Shown: positions 61,645 to 62,975 of the stretch, piece after piece
Numbering within the stretch: position 1 is the first letter of the stretch
Layout of the letters: every line of letters begins with the position of its first letter
NCBI GenBank assembly: GCA_964450435.1
Contig: CAYVCX010000004.1
Location: forward strand, 32,982 to 95,956
Reading direction: 5' to 3'
Source: an uncultured Anaerolineales bacterium
GTDB taxonomy: Bacteria; Chloroflexota; Anaerolineae; B4-G1
DNA: 62,975 nt
The notes under the pieces: model-generated
Told to the model about the DNA's origin: nothing
What the model saw: the letters and a program-made list of their open reading frames with translations, nothing else
The model's database searches: none
Translations under genes and position numbers: made by a program

Positions 61645-62215
61645 CGCGCTGCTGGCATTCCTGGACGCCGTGGACAAAGGCGATGACACGCGCGCCGAAG
61701 AAGCAGCGGGCGCCCTCGTGGGGATGGGTGACGAGGCGCTGCCCACCCTGGACAGGATGCTAAGGGACCCGGATCCCGACCGACGGTGGTGGGCCATCCG
61801 CGGACTGGCTGCTCTCGGAACGGCGGGGGCCGTCGCACGGATCATTGAGGCACTGCGGGATCCAGACGCGGATGTCCGAGCTTGCGCGGTGGTGGCGCTG
61901 TCGAAGCTGCAGCCGCAGGAGGCAATCGATCCGCTGGTGGAACGACTGTCGGATACGTCAGCCTACGTGGGCCGATTGTCGGCTGACGCGCTGTCGCGGT
62001 TCGGTGAGCCAGCGGTCGGATCTCTGATCGACGCCATGGAAAACGGGGACACGGCGACACGGGCGGGAGCGGCCCGCGCGCTGAGCGCCATTGAGCCTCC
62101 AGACGCTATCCCTGCCCTATACGAAGCGCTGGATGATCCCAGCGCAACGGTCACTCATTATGCCGAGGAGGCGCTGGAGAAAATCGGCGTGGGGACAATT
62201 CTCTTCCGCCCATAG
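61637..62215 (+). CDS. HEAT/PBS-lyase-like repeat protein
   Basis: Repeated L..L.D.D..VR..A..AL units. Confidence 0.88.
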   Translation: MSDALLAFLDAVDKGDDTRAEEAAGALVGMGDEALPTLDRMLRDPDPDRRWWAIRGLAALGTAGAVARIIEALRDPDADVRACAVVALSKLQPQEAIDPLVERLSDTSAYVGRLSADALSRFGEPAVGSLIDAMENGDTATRAGAARALSAIEPPDAIPALYEALDDPSATVTHYAEEALEKIGVGTILFRP

Positions 62216-62468
62216 AAGGCCCTGCGCGTGTCGACAGAGCCTGACCGAAGGCAGCGGGCTAACAGGATCGCTTTGCCATCGAGACGATCCTTCCCCTCTC
62301 GATCCTGATCTCGGCCTCCGACACAGGCAGGACAGATGCGCGCGTGCCCTCACGACGGTGGCGCGGCGACGGCCGTCGCTGACAGGCCCCTCCGGCCGAA
62401 CTCTCTCTGCGCAACGGACCGCCAGGTCCTTCTTGCCCCGAACTCAGAGCGCCGGCGCCCTCATTGCC

Positions 62469-62496
62469 TTGACAGAGATGAGCAACGTGTTATTAT
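62469..62496 (+). promoter_or_regulatory. Promoter of rnpB
   Basis: TTGACA-N16-TATTAT about 10 nt upstream of P1. Confidence 0.7.
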
Positions 62497-62506
62497 CCGT
62501 TCAGTT

Positions 62507-62940
62507 GCCCAAGTCGGCCAGGCGGTCGCGTCTCAGAGATGGGGCGAGGAACGTCCGGGCTCCGCAGGGTGTGGTGCTGGGTAATTCCAGGTCGGGGCGA
62601 CCTGACGGAAGAGGGCCACAGAAAAGGAGACAGCCGCGGCGATCTCTGTGCGGCGAGAGTTGGCAGGATGATTCGCCGTGGTGATGGTGAAAAGGTGGTG
62701 TAAGAGACCACCGGCATCTCTGGTGACAGGGATGGCCAGGTAACCCCCACCAGGAGCAAGGCCAAGCAATGAGGGCGAGTCCGTCGACCTCAGGTCGAGG
62801 ACACGGGACGACCCGTTCCGTTCGAGCCCCGGGTAGGCTGCTAGAGATGATGGGCAACCATCATCCCAGATAGATGATCGCCACCCCGAGCCGCGAGAGC
62901 GCTCTGGGGGACAGAACCCGGCGTATCGGCCGACTTGGGC
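62507..62940 (+). ncRNA. rnpB: RNase P RNA (bacterial, type A-like)
   Basis: P1 GCCCAAGTCGGCC/GGCCGACTTGGGC; CR-I GAGGAACGTCCGGGCTC; GGTGAAAAGGTGGTGTAAGAGACCACC; GAGCAAG; GGGTAGGCTGCT; AGATAGATGAT; CR-V ACAGAACCCGGCGTAT. Confidence 0.95.
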
Positions 62941-62975
62941 TGCTGAGGCCTGTAAAGCACGGGGACTCCACCGAC

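Overview
A GC-rich chromosomal segment, most likely from a Chloroflexota (Anaerolineae-like) bacterium. This is inferred from the C-terminal LPLV motif on a secreted protein, IleRS with an EMHKS motif, a T-box leader, a Gram-positive-type SOS box and type-2 IDI. About 50 mostly housekeeping or metabolic CDSs are present: CtpA, a type IIA topoisomerase pair, PolX, LigA, RlmI, MscS, an acyl-CoA catabolic region, IleRS-DksA-LspA-RluD, IDI-2/GGPPS, AcpP, a DUF2207-SPFH operon, a CysRS/MshC-like ligase and MreB. Three structured RNAs were read directly from the sequence: 6S RNA, an Ile T-box and RNase P RNA. No CRISPR array, prophage, tRNA or rRNA was seen. Main points of interest: (1) a GyrA-box-less topoisomerase II operon with a LexA box inside a consensus-like promoter and T/H at the quinolone-binding S83/D87 positions; (2) two Cys-less thiolase-fold proteins with two DUF35 partners, a likely aldolase-type complex; (3) a ClC protein with channel-like and nitrate-type filter residues, split by a G9 frameshift; (4) an MshC-like ligase outside Actinobacteria; (5) an 11-6-11 dif/lox-like site; (6) an ISAs1-like MITE with a 9-bp TSD; (7) a nonsense-interrupted GNAT gene between the T-box and ileS. 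Family assignments come from motif recognition only; no database searches were run.
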